Positions 27,227-37,285 are shown, numbered from the stretch's first letter. The stretch is DNA of 64,000 bases from an uncultured Actinomycetes bacterium (GCA_963805545.1 CAWDUU010000003.1:386545-450544); one strand, 5' to 3'. The notes: a model not told the origin generated them from the sequence alone. Made by a program: numbers and translations.

Positions 27227-27778
27227 ATGCGGATCCTCGCGCTGTCGGGAAGCCTGCGGCGAGACTCGCTCAACACCCGGCTCCTGCGCGCGGCGCGGGA
27301 GCTGGGCGGGCCGGGTGTCGAGTTCCTCTCCTACGAGAGCCTCGCGACGATCCCGCCGTTCACGCAGGACCTGGAGCATCGCCAGCCGGCCGAGGTGCAC
27401 GAGCTGCGCCAGCGGATCGAGTCGGCCGATGCCGTCCTGATCGCAACCCCGGAGTACAACGGCTCGATCCCGGGGCAGCTGAAGAACGCCCTCGACTGGG
27501 TGTCGCGGCCCCTGGCGGACAGCCCGTTTCGGGGCAAGCCGGCCGCCGTCATCGGCGCGAGCACGTCGACCTACGGGGCGATGTGGGCCCAGGCCGAGCT
27601 GCGCAAGGTGCTCGGGCTCATGGGCGCGCGCGTCCTCGAGTCGGGCCTCGCGGTCCCGCATGCCGACGAGCACGTGGACGAGGAGGGACGGCTGCTCGAT
27701 CCCGACATGCGCGACCGCCTGGCCGGCGTCGTCGCCGAGCTGGCCGCGGCGACGGTCCAGCCGGCCGTGGCGGCCTGA
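27227..27778 (+). CDS. NADPH-dependent FMN reductase
   Basis: Motifs MRILALSGSLRRDSLN and ATPEYNGSIPGQLKNALDWVS are present. It starts 1 nt after the yceI stop. Confidence 0.85.
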   Translation: MRILALSGSLRRDSLNTRLLRAARELGGPGVEFLSYESLATIPPFTQDLEHRQPAEVHELRQRIESADAVLIATPEYNGSIPGQLKNALDWVSRPLADSPFRGKPAAVIGASTSTYGAMWAQAELRKVLGLMGARVLESGLAVPHADEHVDEEGRLLDPDMRDRLAGVVAELAAATVQPAVAA

Positions 27779-27786
27779 ATCCCGGT

Positions 27787-27815
27787 GGGGCCAGGCCCGT
27801 TCGGGGCCTGGCCCC
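27787..27815 (+). terminator. GC-rich hairpin after the FMN reductase operon
   Basis: GGGGCCAGGCCC-gttcg-GGGCCTGGCCCC is a perfect 12 bp stem beginning 9 nt after the stop. Only a short GGTT follows, with no long U tract. Confidence 0.5.
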
Positions 27816-28086
27816 GGTTGCGGCGCCTCCGCCGGCTGTTGGCCGCTCCGCTCGTCGTCGCCGGCTGCGCTGGGGCGGGCGCCGTGCGCCTCGCGCGTCA
27901 CTCTACGGCCGGTGTAGCCCCCCGGCGGCGCTGTGTCGCAGGGTGCTGCTCTTCGGCGGAAGCATGCTCGGCTCGACGATGGTCGTCGTGACTACAGCGA
28001 CCGAGACCATCCAGCTCACGGGTCCCGCGCTCACACCGCAGAACGCCTTGCCGCTCGCCCGGGCCCTGCGGCCGGTCGAGCGCTCG

Positions 28087-29136
28087 CTACGCCCGGTGTA
28101 GCGCCTCCTTCGCGCGCCGGTACCACGCATCCTGGGCGTCGAGGTCGAGCTCGGTCCACGTCTCCCCCGCCTCGGCTGCCAGCCGCTCCGCCTCCTCGAC
28201 ACGGGAGCGGAACCGGGCAGCGGCGGCCCGCAGCGCGAGCTCCGGATCGACGTTCGCCAGCCGCGCCACGTTGACGGCGGCGAAGAGCAGGTCGCCGGTC
28301 TCGGCCACCACGTCGGCGTCGGGCTCGTGCTCGGCCCGCGGCGCGGGCGCGGCGTCGAGCGCGACCCGAAGCTCGGCCAGCTCCGACTCCAGCTGGGGCC
28401 AGGCGCCGTCCCAGGCCTCCCAGTCGAACCCGACCGCGCCTGCCCGCCGCTGCACCTTGCGCGCGTGAAGCAGGGCCGGAAGGACGCCGGGGACGTCGTG
28501 GAAGATGCCGGCCCGGCCCTCGTCCTCGCGCTTGATCTGCTCCCAGTTGCGACGCACCGCGCCGGCCGTGTCGGCCTCGCGCTCGCCGAAGACGTGCGGG
28601 TGGCGGCGAACGAGCTTCTCGGTGATCCCGGCGGCCACGCCGGCCAGGTCGCCGGTCCCGTCCTCGTCGCAGAGGAGGGCGAGGAAGAACGCCTGGAAGA
28701 GCAGGTCGCCGAGCTCGTCGACGAGCTTCGCCGCGTCGGCGGCGCCGACGGCCTCGGCCACCTCGTAGGCCTCCTCGATCGTGTGCGGGACGATCGTGGC
28801 GGCCGTCTGCTCGCGGTCCCACGGGCAGTCGACGCGAAGCCGGGCCGTCAGGTGCTGGAGACCCACCATCGCGTCGGCGAGGAGCAGGTCGCGCAGGGCG
28901 GCGCCGCCGGGGACGATCTCCTCCCAGTCCCGCTCGGCCAAAAGGCGCCGGAACCGCTCGCCCGACGCAGCCGCGACCGGCGCGCCGGGGTCGATGGCGA
29001 TCCCGTGCTCGCCGAGCCAGCCCGCGAGCGGCTCGTCGCCGGGGACAGCCACCGGGCCGGCGGCCTCGATCGCGTGCCACGACGCGAGCGGAACGAGAGC
29101 GGGATCGCCGGGGCCGAGGGCGACCAGGGTGGCCAT
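28087..29136 (-). CDS. mazG: Nucleoside triphosphate pyrophosphohydrolase MazG (with an N-terminal extension)
   Basis: CPWDREQT, HTIEEAYEVAEA and a second EELGDLLF-type repeat (ETGDLLFAAVNVAR) are present. The position after mfd is conserved. Confidence 0.85.
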   Translation of the reverse strand: MATLVALGPGDPALVPLASWHAIEAAGPVAVPGDEPLAGWLGEHGIAIDPGAPVAAASGERFRRLLAERDWEEIVPGGAALRDLLLADAMVGLQHLTARLRVDCPWDREQTAATIVPHTIEEAYEVAEAVGAADAAKLVDELGDLLFQAFFLALLCDEDGTGDLAGVAAGITEKLVRRHPHVFGEREADTAGAVRRNWEQIKREDEGRAGIFHDVPGVLPALLHARKVQRRAGAVGFDWEAWDGAWPQLESELAELRVALDAAPAPRAEHEPDADVVAETGDLLFAAVNVARLANVDPELALRAAAARFRSRVEEAERLAAEAGETWTELDLDAQDAWYRRAKEALHRA

Positions 29137-29146
29137 GGCCGGAAGC

Positions 29147-30211
29147 CTACGTGGTGGCGGGGGCGGCGGTGCTCGTCGCCGGCGGCGCGTAGCCGGTCGC
29201 GTACTTCGTGAGCTTCTTCTGCTCGTTCTCGAGCCGGCGGATGACGCTCGTCACGTGCGACTGCTTGCGCGTCGAGAGGAGCTGCGTGCGGATCTGGGCC
29301 TTCACCTCGTCGAACGACTGCTGGGTGCCGGCCTTCACCACGTCGGCGGTCGGCCGGATCAGGAAGTAGCAGTCGGGCTGGCACTTCCCGCCCAGGCTCG
29401 AGGTGGCGTACGCCTTGTCGACCTTGACGAGCGGGGAGAGCTGGTTCGTCGGCAGTGTGAACGCCGAGTCCTCGAACGCCTTGTCGACCTGGCCCTTCTG
29501 CGCCGTGAACGGCTCGTGGTTCGCGCTCGTGTCGATCGTCCCGGCCGAGACGTCGGAGAAGCTCGCGCCGCCGGCGAGCTTGTGGAGCGCCGTCTGCGCC
29601 GACGCCTTGTCGGGGAAGAGGGCGTAGTCGACGACGCGCGTGTCGGAGCTGCTCTTGTACGCGGCCTTGTTCTTGTCGTAGTAGTCCTGGACGTCCTGGT
29701 CGGTGACCTTGACCGCGTTCGTCAGCTTGTCGGTGATCTTGTTCTCGTACAGGGTCGTCCCGAACTCGTAGCGCAGGTCGGCGCTCGTCAGGCCGTACTT
29801 CTTGAGGTCGGCCTGGAGCTTCGACTCGTCGCCGCCGTAGTTCTGGTCGACCGCGTTCTTGATCGCCTTGTCGAGGTCGGCGGGCGTGACGGTGACGTTC
29901 AGCTTCTCGGCCATGTTGCGCACCTGCGCCTCCTGGACGAGGTGCTGGAGCACGGGCTGGACGACGTTCGTGGTGTAGTCGGTCGTGCCGGGCTTGGGCG
30001 GAGTCTGGTTCGCGATGGTCATGCCCTTGACCCGCAGCGTGATCCAGTGGTCGAGCTGCGTCTTCGTGATGTGGGTCGAGCCGACGACGGCGACGTCGCC
30101 GGTCTCAAGCGAGGCGGCCGAGGACGAGCTGGAGCCTCCGCCTCCACAGGCGGCGGACAAACCAGCCGTCAGAGCGGCCAGGAGAAGTATGCGGAGGGCT
30201 CGGCCCATCAA
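29147..30211 (-). CDS. SurA-N/parvulin-like lipoprotein (PrsA-like chaperone)
   Basis: It has a signal peptide plus a Cys lipobox-like LSAAC followed by GGGGSSSS. There is a long helical SurA-N-like region and a C-terminal parvulin-like segment. It sits between mfd and mazG. Confidence 0.65.
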   Translation of the reverse strand: MMGRALRILLLAALTAGLSAACGGGGSSSSSAASLETGDVAVVGSTHITKTQLDHWITLRVKGMTIANQTPPKPGTTDYTTNVVQPVLQHLVQEAQVRNMAEKLNVTVTPADLDKAIKNAVDQNYGGDESKLQADLKKYGLTSADLRYEFGTTLYENKITDKLTNAVKVTDQDVQDYYDKNKAAYKSSSDTRVVDYALFPDKASAQTALHKLAGGASFSDVSAGTIDTSANHEPFTAQKGQVDKAFEDSAFTLPTNQLSPLVKVDKAYATSSLGGKCQPDCYFLIRPTADVVKAGTQQSFDEVKAQIRTQLLSTRKQSHVTSVIRRLENEQKKLTKYATGYAPPATSTAAPATT

Positions 30212-30214
30212 CAG

Positions 30215-33200
30215 TTACGCCGCGGCGGCGCGGCGAATCTCGAGTATAGCATCGAGGGTTTCGAGCATCTGTGAGGCCCCGCCCACCGGGCGCGACACCT
30301 CCCGGCGGGCCACCGTGTAGAGCGCGTTCGGGGCAACCCGCTTCAGCTCGGCGACCTGCGCGGAGGTGAGCGCGAGCGGCGCCACGGTCATCCGCCCGCC
30401 GCGCAGCGTCACCGCCTCGGCGCCGAGCTCGGCGGCGGCGAGCCGGGCCTCCTGGAGGTGGAGCAGGTTGGTCACCGGCTCCGGCGCCGGCCCGAAGCGG
30501 TCGGCCAGCTCGGCGTCGAGCTCGCGCAGGTCGCCGCGCTCGGCCGCGAGCGCGATCCGGCGGTGCAGGTCGATCTTTACGGCCTCGAGCGGCATGTAGT
30601 CGGCGGGGACGTAGGCGTCGACGGCCGCGTCGAGCCGAACCGGCCGGACCGACTCGGGCGCCCGGCCCTGGAGCTCGGCCACGGCCTCCGCCAGGAGCTC
30701 GCAGTAGAGCTCGAAGCCGATCGCCGCGACGTGGCCGGACTGCTCGTCGCCCAGGAGGTTCCCGGCCCCGCGCAACTCCAGGTCGCGCATCGCGATCCGG
30801 TAGCCGGAGCCGAGCTCGGTGTAGTCGGCCAGCGTCGAGAGCCGGTGGCGAGCCTCCTCGGAGAGCTCGCGCCGGTCGGGATAGAACAGGTAGGCGTGGG
30901 CGTGCGCGTCGGACCGTCCCACGCGGCCGCGGATCTGGTAGAGCTGGGCCAGCCCGAGCGTGTCGGCCCGCTCCACGACGAGCGTGTTCGCCTGCGGGAT
31001 GTCGAGCCCCGACTCGATGATGGTGGTCGAGACCAGCACGTCGAAGTCGCCGTGCAGGAACTTCATCATGACGTCCTCGAGCCGCCGCTCGGGCATCTGC
31101 CCGTGGGCCACGCCGACGCGCAGCTCCGGCACCCACTGGCGGATGCGCTCGGCCGCCTCGTCGATCGTCTCGACCCGGTTGTGGAGGTAGAACGCCTGGC
31201 CCTCGCGGGCGACCTCGCGGCGCAGGGCCGTGGCGATCAGCTCCTCGTCGAACTCGCCGACGTGGGTCTTGATCGGGTGCCGGCCGCGCGGCGGCGTCGT
31301 GATGACCGTGATGTCGCGCAGCCCCGAGAGCGACATGTGCAGCGTCCGCGGGATCGGCGTCGCCGACATCGCGAGCACGTCCACCTCGAGCCGAAGCTGG
31401 CGCAGGAGCTCCTTCTGGGCGACCCCGAAGCGCTGCTCCTCGTCGACGATCACGAGGCCCAGGTTCTGGGGGACGACGTCGCGCGAGAGCACGCGGTGTG
31501 TGCCGATCAGCACCTCCACCTTGCCGTCGCGGTACTCCTGAAGCACGCGCTTCACCTCGGCCGGCGGCCGGAAGCGCGACACCATCTCGACGCGCACCGG
31601 GAAGTCGCGGAACCGGTCCTTGAAGGTGGCGGCGTGCTGCTGGGCCAGGATCGTCGTCGGCACGAGCATCAGCACCTGGCGTCCTCCCGAGGCCGCCTTG
31701 AAGGCGGCCCGGACGGCGACCTCGGTCTTGCCGAAGCCGACGTCGCCGCACACGAGCCGGTCCATCGGCCGGTCGGACTCCATGTCCTCCTTCACGGCGT
31801 CGATCGCCGTCTCCTGGTCGTCGGTCTCCTCGAACGGGAACGAGCCCTCCAGGCGGGCCATCCACTCGTCGTCGGTGCCGTGCGGCGGCTTCGTCGCCGA
31901 CTGGCGGCGGGCGTACAGGGCGATCAGCTCGCCGGCCAGCTCCCGCACGGCGATCCGGGCCCGCGACTTCAGGGTCTGCCAGGCCTTGCCGCCCAGCTTC
32001 GCGAGCGCCGGCGCGCGGCCGTCGGCGCCGACGTAGCGGCTCACCTTCGCGAGCTGGTCGTGCGGCACGTACAGCCGGTCGTCGCCGCGGAACTCGAGGT
32101 AGAGGTAGTCGCGGACGACGCCGCCCACCTCCTTGGTGTCGAAGCGGACGAACCGGCCGACGCCGTGATCCTCGTGCACGACGTAGTCGCCGGCGCGCAG
32201 GTCGGCGACGGTCGCCAGGGCGCGGCCGATGCGGGCCGGGCCGCGCGAGCTGCGGCGGCGGAAGAGCTGAGCCGACGGCAGGACGGCCAGCCGCAGGCCG
32301 GGCGCGACGAACCCCCGCCGCAGCTGCCCGACGCAGAACGCCACGCCCGCCTCCTCGGGGCCGGGGGCTCCCGGATCGGGAAGCGCGGCCTCGACCCGGC
32401 GCAGCTGGAGGTGCGTCCGGCGGGCCTCGCCGAGGTGCGGGAAGCACACCAGCACGCGGTAGCCCGCCCGCTCGAGGCCGCGGAGCTCGTTCTCGGCCTC
32501 GGCGACCCCGAACGACGCGAGTGCCGGCGGCTGCGCGTCGAACGAGGCGGGCTGGCCGAGCGGCATCTCGTCGAGCGCGGTGGCATCGTCGATCAGCTCG
32601 CGGGCCTCCGCGGCCGGGACGTATCCGCGCCGCAGAGCCTCGGGGTCGCGCAGGTGATCCGCCGCCTCGGCGAACGCCTCGTCGACCTCGGCCGCGAGCG
32701 CCTCAGGATTCCACGCCACGAGCGCCGCCGCGGCGGCCAGCTCGGGAAGCGGTGAGACGAGACCCTCAGGAACGGCGCCCTCGTCGTCCTCCACACCCCA
32801 CGCAACGTTGGGGCCTGACCCCGTTGTTGCGCGCTCGGAGGCGGGGTGGATGAGCACGTGGTCGAGGTCCCGCAGCGAGCGCTGCGTGAAGGCCGAGAAC
32901 GCCGACAGGCGCTCGAGGCTGTCGCCGAAGAACTCGGCCCGGACCGGCTCGCGGCCGGTCGAGGGGAAGACGTCGACGAGGCCGCCCCGCACCGAGAACT
33001 GGCCACGCTCCTCGACCGTGTCGGCGCGCTCGTAGCCGGCCGCGGCCAGCTCGTGGGTGAGCTCGCCGAACGGCCGCTCCTCGCCGAGCCGCAGCTCGAC
33101 CGCCCGGGGCCGCGCGGCCGCCGGCGGCAGCCGCTCGACGAGCGCGTCGGCCGAGACGGCGACGAGGCCGCCGGCCGCCAGGGCGTGCAGCGCCCGGGCC

Positions 33201-33589
33201 CGCTCGCCGGCGAGGTGCGGCGCCGGGTCGAGCCCCGACCCGTGGGCCGCGCCCCGCGACGGCATGAAGGCCACCGGCTCGCCGGGCAGGAACGCAGCGG
33301 CCGCCTCGCACAGCGTGCGGGCATCGTCGTCGTCGCCGACCAGCACCGCCAGGCCGCGCGGCTCGAGCCCCGCGCGGGCCGTCCAGAGCGCCGCCACCAG
33401 CGCCCCCAGGATCGGCTCCGACACCCTGGCCCGGGTCGCGCCGGCCGCCGCCCGGCGCGCGAACGACGCGAATTCGGCGTCGTCCAGGAGGTAGGGCAGG
33501 GCGAGCTCCGCCCCCGCGAGGGGCGCATCCGGCCGTTGCTGCGTCCGTTCCGCCACCGCCGTCCTGGATGGTAGGCTCCGGCCCGCCAT
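30215..33589 (-). CDS. mfd: Transcription-repair coupling factor
   Basis: The RNAP-interacting domain (DYVVHEDHGVGRF) is present. So are the SF2 helicase motifs (CGDVGFGKTEVA, DEEQRFGV, SATPIPRT, RGRVGR) and the TRG/C-terminal domain. The start is taken at Met123 of the track ORF, because the upstream part is antisense to the 33611 gene. Confidence 0.93.
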   Translation of the reverse strand: MAGRSLPSRTAVAERTQQRPDAPLAGAELALPYLLDDAEFASFARRAAAGATRARVSEPILGALVAALWTARAGLEPRGLAVLVGDDDDARTLCEAAAAFLPGEPVAFMPSRGAAHGSGLDPAPHLAGERARALHALAAGGLVAVSADALVERLPPAAARPRAVELRLGEERPFGELTHELAAAGYERADTVEERGQFSVRGGLVDVFPSTGREPVRAEFFGDSLERLSAFSAFTQRSLRDLDHVLIHPASERATTGSGPNVAWGVEDDEGAVPEGLVSPLPELAAAAALVAWNPEALAAEVDEAFAEAADHLRDPEALRRGYVPAAEARELIDDATALDEMPLGQPASFDAQPPALASFGVAEAENELRGLERAGYRVLVCFPHLGEARRTHLQLRRVEAALPDPGAPGPEEAGVAFCVGQLRRGFVAPGLRLAVLPSAQLFRRRSSRGPARIGRALATVADLRAGDYVVHEDHGVGRFVRFDTKEVGGVVRDYLYLEFRGDDRLYVPHDQLAKVSRYVGADGRAPALAKLGGKAWQTLKSRARIAVRELAGELIALYARRQSATKPPHGTDDEWMARLEGSFPFEETDDQETAIDAVKEDMESDRPMDRLVCGDVGFGKTEVAVRAAFKAASGGRQVLMLVPTTILAQQHAATFKDRFRDFPVRVEMVSRFRPPAEVKRVLQEYRDGKVEVLIGTHRVLSRDVVPQNLGLVIVDEEQRFGVAQKELLRQLRLEVDVLAMSATPIPRTLHMSLSGLRDITVITTPPRGRHPIKTHVGEFDEELIATALRREVAREGQAFYLHNRVETIDEAAERIRQWVPELRVGVAHGQMPERRLEDVMMKFLHGDFDVLVSTTIIESGLDIPQANTLVVERADTLGLAQLYQIRGRVGRSDAHAHAYLFYPDRRELSEEARHRLSTLADYTELGSGYRIAMRDLELRGAGNLLGDEQSGHVAAIGFELYCELLAEAVAELQGRAPESVRPVRLDAAVDAYVPADYMPLEAVKIDLHRRIALAAERGDLRELDAELADRFGPAPEPVTNLLHLQEARLAAAELGAEAVTLRGGRMTVAPLALTSAQVAELKRVAPNALYTVARREVSRPVGGASQMLETLDAILEIRRAAAA

Positions 33590-33610
33590 TCCGACGGAGG
33601 TCCCGTTTCC

Positions 33611-33829
33611 GTGCGCCGTCTTCTCGCAAGCCTCTCTGCCGTCGCTCTGACGCTCGCCCTGCCGGTCGCGGCCTACGCCGCCGACAGCGCCGACACGGGC
33701 AAGCCGACCGGGCATGACTGGACGCTCGACTCGATCTTCGTCATCGCGCTCTCGATCCCGGCGATCCTCGTCATCCTCACGCTGATCGACATCGCCCGTG
33801 GCAAGCACACCGAGCGCCACGACCACTGA
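33611..33829 (+). CDS. Small secreted/membrane-anchored protein (72 aa)
   Basis: It has a GTG start, a signal peptide ending in AYAAD, a C-terminal TM helix (IFVIALSIPAILVILTLI) and high GC3. Confidence 0.5.
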   Translation: MRRLLASLSAVALTLALPVAAYAADSADTGKPTGHDWTLDSIFVIALSIPAILVILTLIDIARGKHTERHDH

Positions 33830-35114
33830 CGCCGCCCTCGCCGAGCTCGCCGAGCTCATCCGGATCGAGTCCGTATCGAGCGACGGCGCGCATCCGGCCG
33901 AGTTGCGCGAGGCGGCCCAGTGGATCTCGGGGCTCATCGGCGGCGCTGGGATCACCGAGGAGCACGGGAACCCGATCGTCGACGGGCTGATCGAGGCGTC
34001 GAAGCCCGGGGCGCCGACCGTGATCGCCTACGGCCACTACGACGTGCAGGCCCCCGGGCCGGCCGACCTGTGGACCACGCCGCCGTTCGAGCCGGACGTC
34101 CGCGACGGCTACATCTACGGTCGCGGGACGTGCGACGACAAGGGCAACTTCTACGCGCTCCTGCGGGCGGCACTCGACCTGGCCGACGCCGGCGAGCTGG
34201 GCGTGAACGTGCGCGTCCTCGCCGACGGCGAGGAGGAGATCGGCGGCCATTCGGTGATCCACCACCTGGCGGCCGTCGACGACGACTTCGCCGCGGCGGT
34301 CATCTTCGACGGCAGCATGGTGAACGCCCAGCTGCCCGCGATCACGACCGGCCTGCGCGGGCTGGTCGGGGCGCAGGTCGTGGTCCGCACCGGCACGCGC
34401 GAGCTCCACTCGGGCCTCTACGGCGGCGTCGCGGCCAACCCGGTGCACGACCTGCACCGCATGCTGGCGGCGCTGGTCGACCTTCCCGAGGTGTTCTCCG
34501 AGGGCATCGCCCCCGTGTCGGAGGCCGAGCGCGCCGGCTGGTCGACGCTCGCCCCGGGCGCCGAGGAGCTCCGCCGCGGCGGCGTGACGCCGGCCGATCC
34601 GGCCGCGGCGGCCGAGTTCTACGACCGCACCTGGGCGCGGCCGTCGATCACCGTGCACTCGGTCGGCTCGGGCGACCCCACCCTGCACAAGACCTCGATC
34701 CAGACCGAGGCGCGGGCCTCGCTGTCGGTGCGGCTGGCGCCCGGCCAGAACGCCGCTCAGATGGCGGTCGTGCTCGAAGAGACCCTGCGCGCCGCATGCC
34801 CGGCCCACGCGGAGCTCGAGCTCGAGCTGTGGCCGCCCGGCGAGCCGGCCTGGATGGACCCGGCCGAGCCGGCGCTCCGGGCCGGGTTCGACGCGATCGA
34901 GCGGGCGACCGGCGTGCGCCCGCTCGCGGTCCGAAGCGGCGGGTCGATCCCGGTCGCCGCCGCGTTCACCGCCCGCGGCATCCCGACCGTCCTCACCGGC
35001 TTCGGCGTCGACGACGACAACATCCACAGCCCCAACGAGCGCATGGAGGTGCGCCGGTTCGAGTGGGCGCTCGGCTCCGCGCGCGAGATCTACCGCGGGC
35101 TGGCCGCGCTGTGA
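33798..35114 (+). CDS. M20 family dipeptidase (ArgE/DapE/CPG2-like)
   Basis: Motifs IAYGHYDVQ, PF.....DG.IYGRGTCDDKG, GEEEIGG and HSPNE are present. The only in-frame start before the conserved N-terminus is the GTG at 33798. Confidence 0.85.
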   Translation: MASTPSATTTDAALAELAELIRIESVSSDGAHPAELREAAQWISGLIGGAGITEEHGNPIVDGLIEASKPGAPTVIAYGHYDVQAPGPADLWTTPPFEPDVRDGYIYGRGTCDDKGNFYALLRAALDLADAGELGVNVRVLADGEEEIGGHSVIHHLAAVDDDFAAAVIFDGSMVNAQLPAITTGLRGLVGAQVVVRTGTRELHSGLYGGVAANPVHDLHRMLAALVDLPEVFSEGIAPVSEAERAGWSTLAPGAEELRRGGVTPADPAAAAEFYDRTWARPSITVHSVGSGDPTLHKTSIQTEARASLSVRLAPGQNAAQMAVVLEETLRAACPAHAELELELWPPGEPAWMDPAEPALRAGFDAIERATGVRPLAVRSGGSIPVAAAFTARGIPTVLTGFGVDDDNIHSPNERMEVRRFEWALGSAREIYRGLAAL

Positions 35115-35191
35115 CGAATTTTGACGGTAGGGGGTTTACTCCGTCCCGGGTTCCCGTTAGGCTAGGCGCCGTGCCAACGCTCCAGCGGGGG

Positions 35192-35407
35192 ATGAGCGAA
35201 TACCAGGTGCGGGCGCGCCTCTACGACCCGCCCGAAGCCGTGCGCCGGCTCGACTCGAAGCTGGCGTGCCTGCGCATGCAGACGGGCGCCCACATGTCGG
35301 GCGAGGCGATGCGGCGCGCGTTCGAGCACCGGCTCGACAAGCGCGTCCCCGACGTCGTCGCGGCCCCCCAGAACGGCAAGGGCCCGCGCATCCGCCTCAT
35401 CGCCTAG
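35192..35407 (+). CDS. Small hypothetical protein (71 aa)
   Basis: The ATG is in frame with ORF 33920..35407, and the C-terminal stretch is protein-like. Support is weak. Confidence 0.3.
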   Translation: MSEYQVRARLYDPPEAVRRLDSKLACLRMQTGAHMSGEAMRRAFEHRLDKRVPDVVAAPQNGKGPRIRLIA

Positions 35408-36764
35408 ACGCCTCGCGGCTCGACCGCCCCGCCGCGGCGCACAGCACCGGCAGGAAGGCTCCCAGCAGCACGACCGGCGTCGTCACCACGCGCCGGGCCG
35501 AGTGGTCGAGGTAGTAGTGCAGGCTGGGCCGGCCGACCCAGTACGCCCAGACGACGCTCAGGATCACAAGGCACGACAGCGCGGCCGTGAACACCGCGGC
35601 CCGCCGCTCGCCGCCCCGGACGGCAAGCACGAACGCGACGGCCGCCGCCGGCACGACCACGAGCCACGCGCTGGGCTCGACGGCGTGCCAGACGAGCGAC
35701 GCGGCACCCGTGGGGATCCGTCCGAGCCGCCCGGCCAGGTAGCTCGGGTCGACGACCTTGGCGTAGGGGATCTCGCCGTTTGACGTGTCGACGCCGTTCG
35801 CATGCAGCCAGAGCTGCCACGGGATCGCCGTGGCCAGCGCCGCGAGGCCGGCGCCGAGTGCCCGCCCGCGCCGGCCGCGCCCCGCCGCGACCACGAGCAC
35901 GACGACGAGCGCGACCACGAACGGGGCCCCCTCCCGCTTGGTTGCGACCACCGCGGCGGCAAAGAGCGCCGTCAGGACGAGCAGCTCGCGACGCCCCTCG
36001 GTGAGCCAGCGCCACGCGCACACCGCCGCCATCGCGAAGAACACCGCAAGCGGAGCGTCGGCAAGGCCGGCGCCCGCCTGGTAGACGAGCGACGGCGACA
36101 CACCGATCAGAAGCACGGAGGCCCACGCCACGGTCGCAGGCACACGGCCCGCGAGCATGCGCGGCAGCGCGAGCAGGAGCGCCGCGACGAGCAGGGCCCC
36201 CTGGAGGTGGATGACCTGCGTGTCGATCGCTCCCATGAACCGGAAGCCGATCGCCTCGACAGAGGGCACGAGCAGCGGATAGTCGAGGTGCACGTGGTGG
36301 TAGGGAACGCCCGCGAACACCCGCGCGTCGAGCCCGCCCAGGAGCGTGATCGCCTTGGCCTTCATCGTCCACATCGCCCAGGCGTCCTGCTCCGCGAGCG
36401 GCCGGAAGGCGGCGTCGGCGAGGAGCATCACGACCACCAGCACCACGGCCGCCTGGAGCGCCACGACCGCCCGCGCCCCCAAGCGGGCCGGCGGGAGCAG
36501 CGGCTCGCCGGGGCGGGGCCGCAGGCCCGTCGCCGCCAGCACGGCACAGCCGGCGACGACCTGCCAGCGGGCCAGGTCGAGGCCCGCGACGAGCGCCCAC
36601 TCGGCGGCGATCCCGCAGGCGGCGACGCCGGCCAGATAGGCCGGGGCAAGCGCCGGCAGGAGCTCGCGCGGCGACCGCCACAGCCCCAGCGCACGGCTGA
36701 TCCCCGCGCCGGCGGCCAGGAAGCACAGGTTGGCGGCGGCCAGGCCGAAGAGGTGGGCGATCAT
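35397..36764 (-). CDS. Polytopic membrane protein, possible GT-C-type glycosyltransferase
   Basis: There are 10 or more hydrophobic helices with one larger loop. It is the last gene of a cassette that contains a GT2 and a flippase-like protein. Its ATG makes an ATGA overlap with the upstream gene. The function is inferred from context only. Confidence 0.65.
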   Translation of the reverse strand: MIAHLFGLAAANLCFLAAGAGISRALGLWRSPRELLPALAPAYLAGVAACGIAAEWALVAGLDLARWQVVAGCAVLAATGLRPRPGEPLLPPARLGARAVVALQAAVVLVVVMLLADAAFRPLAEQDAWAMWTMKAKAITLLGGLDARVFAGVPYHHVHLDYPLLVPSVEAIGFRFMGAIDTQVIHLQGALLVAALLLALPRMLAGRVPATVAWASVLLIGVSPSLVYQAGAGLADAPLAVFFAMAAVCAWRWLTEGRRELLVLTALFAAAVVATKREGAPFVVALVVVLVVAAGRGRRGRALGAGLAALATAIPWQLWLHANGVDTSNGEIPYAKVVDPSYLAGRLGRIPTGAASLVWHAVEPSAWLVVVPAAAVAFVLAVRGGERRAAVFTAALSCLVILSVVWAYWVGRPSLHYYLDHSARRVVTTPVVLLGAFLPVLCAAAGRSSREASRR

Positions 36765-37240
36765 GGCGTGCGGGCCACCCACACTCCCGGCGCCAGCTCG
36801 GTCGCCCCGGGCGGCGCGGCGCCGCCCGGCCGGCTGCGCCAGACGATGCGCCACCCGGCACCCTCGCCGGGACCGACCGCGACCCGCGGCAGGAGCGCCG
36901 TATGCGCCCAGAACGAGATCCGGCCCGAGTAGGCCCGGAGCTCGTAGGTGTCGCCCGCCGGGATCGTGGCGCGGAGGCGCTCGACGGTGTCGACCAGCGT
37001 CCTGGGGTGCGCCCCGGAGCTCGCCAGCTGGGCGTCGGACAGGCGGGCGTCATGCCGGGTACGGGCCGCAAGGTCGATCGCGGCGACCGGGAGCCACGCC
37101 AGCGCGGCGAAGGCGACGGCCGTCCCGAGCACCTGCATGACGCGACCGGCGTTCTCGCGATCGAGCTCCCTCCAGACGCCGTATGCGACCGCCGCGCCGA
37201 TCGGCTGCCAGGCAACCTCGGCGAGCAGGCGGAGCGGCAC
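36761..37240 (-). CDS. Hypothetical membrane protein
   Basis: There are two N-terminal helices (AWQPIGAAVAYGVW, VLGTAVAFAALAWLPVAAI) and a soluble C-terminal domain. Confidence 0.55.
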   Translation of the reverse strand: MPLRLLAEVAWQPIGAAVAYGVWRELDRENAGRVMQVLGTAVAFAALAWLPVAAIDLAARTRHDARLSDAQLASSGAHPRTLVDTVERLRATIPAGDTYELRAYSGRISFWAHTALLPRVAVGPGEGAGWRIVWRSRPGGAAPPGATELAPGVWVARTP

Positions 37241-37285
37241 GGCGGCGATGATACTCGACCCCGTCGGGGGCCAGATCAGCGGCGC

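Noticed and set aside
27902-28103. A 16-17 nt near-repeat: CTACGGCCGGTGTAGC at about 27903, and CTACGCCCGGTGTAGC at 28087 spanning the mazG stop.
   Set aside because: It occurs once in coding sequence and once in the gap, with one mismatch and no extended similarity on either side. It is most likely chance or a tiny duplication remnant, and is not a repeat family.
30215-33955. Long N-terminal extensions of track ORFs. The affected ORFs are mfd to 33955, nth to 11098, ccdA to 20314, ispE to 47215, rsmA to 48558, tatD to 48842, ftsB to 24905, glk to 52376, GT4 from 55895 and the RAYT to 62335.
   Set aside because: The extensions are low-complexity, overlap neighbouring genes, and precede the conserved family N-termini. 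Internal ATG/GTG starts, often in 4 nt overlaps, fit better.
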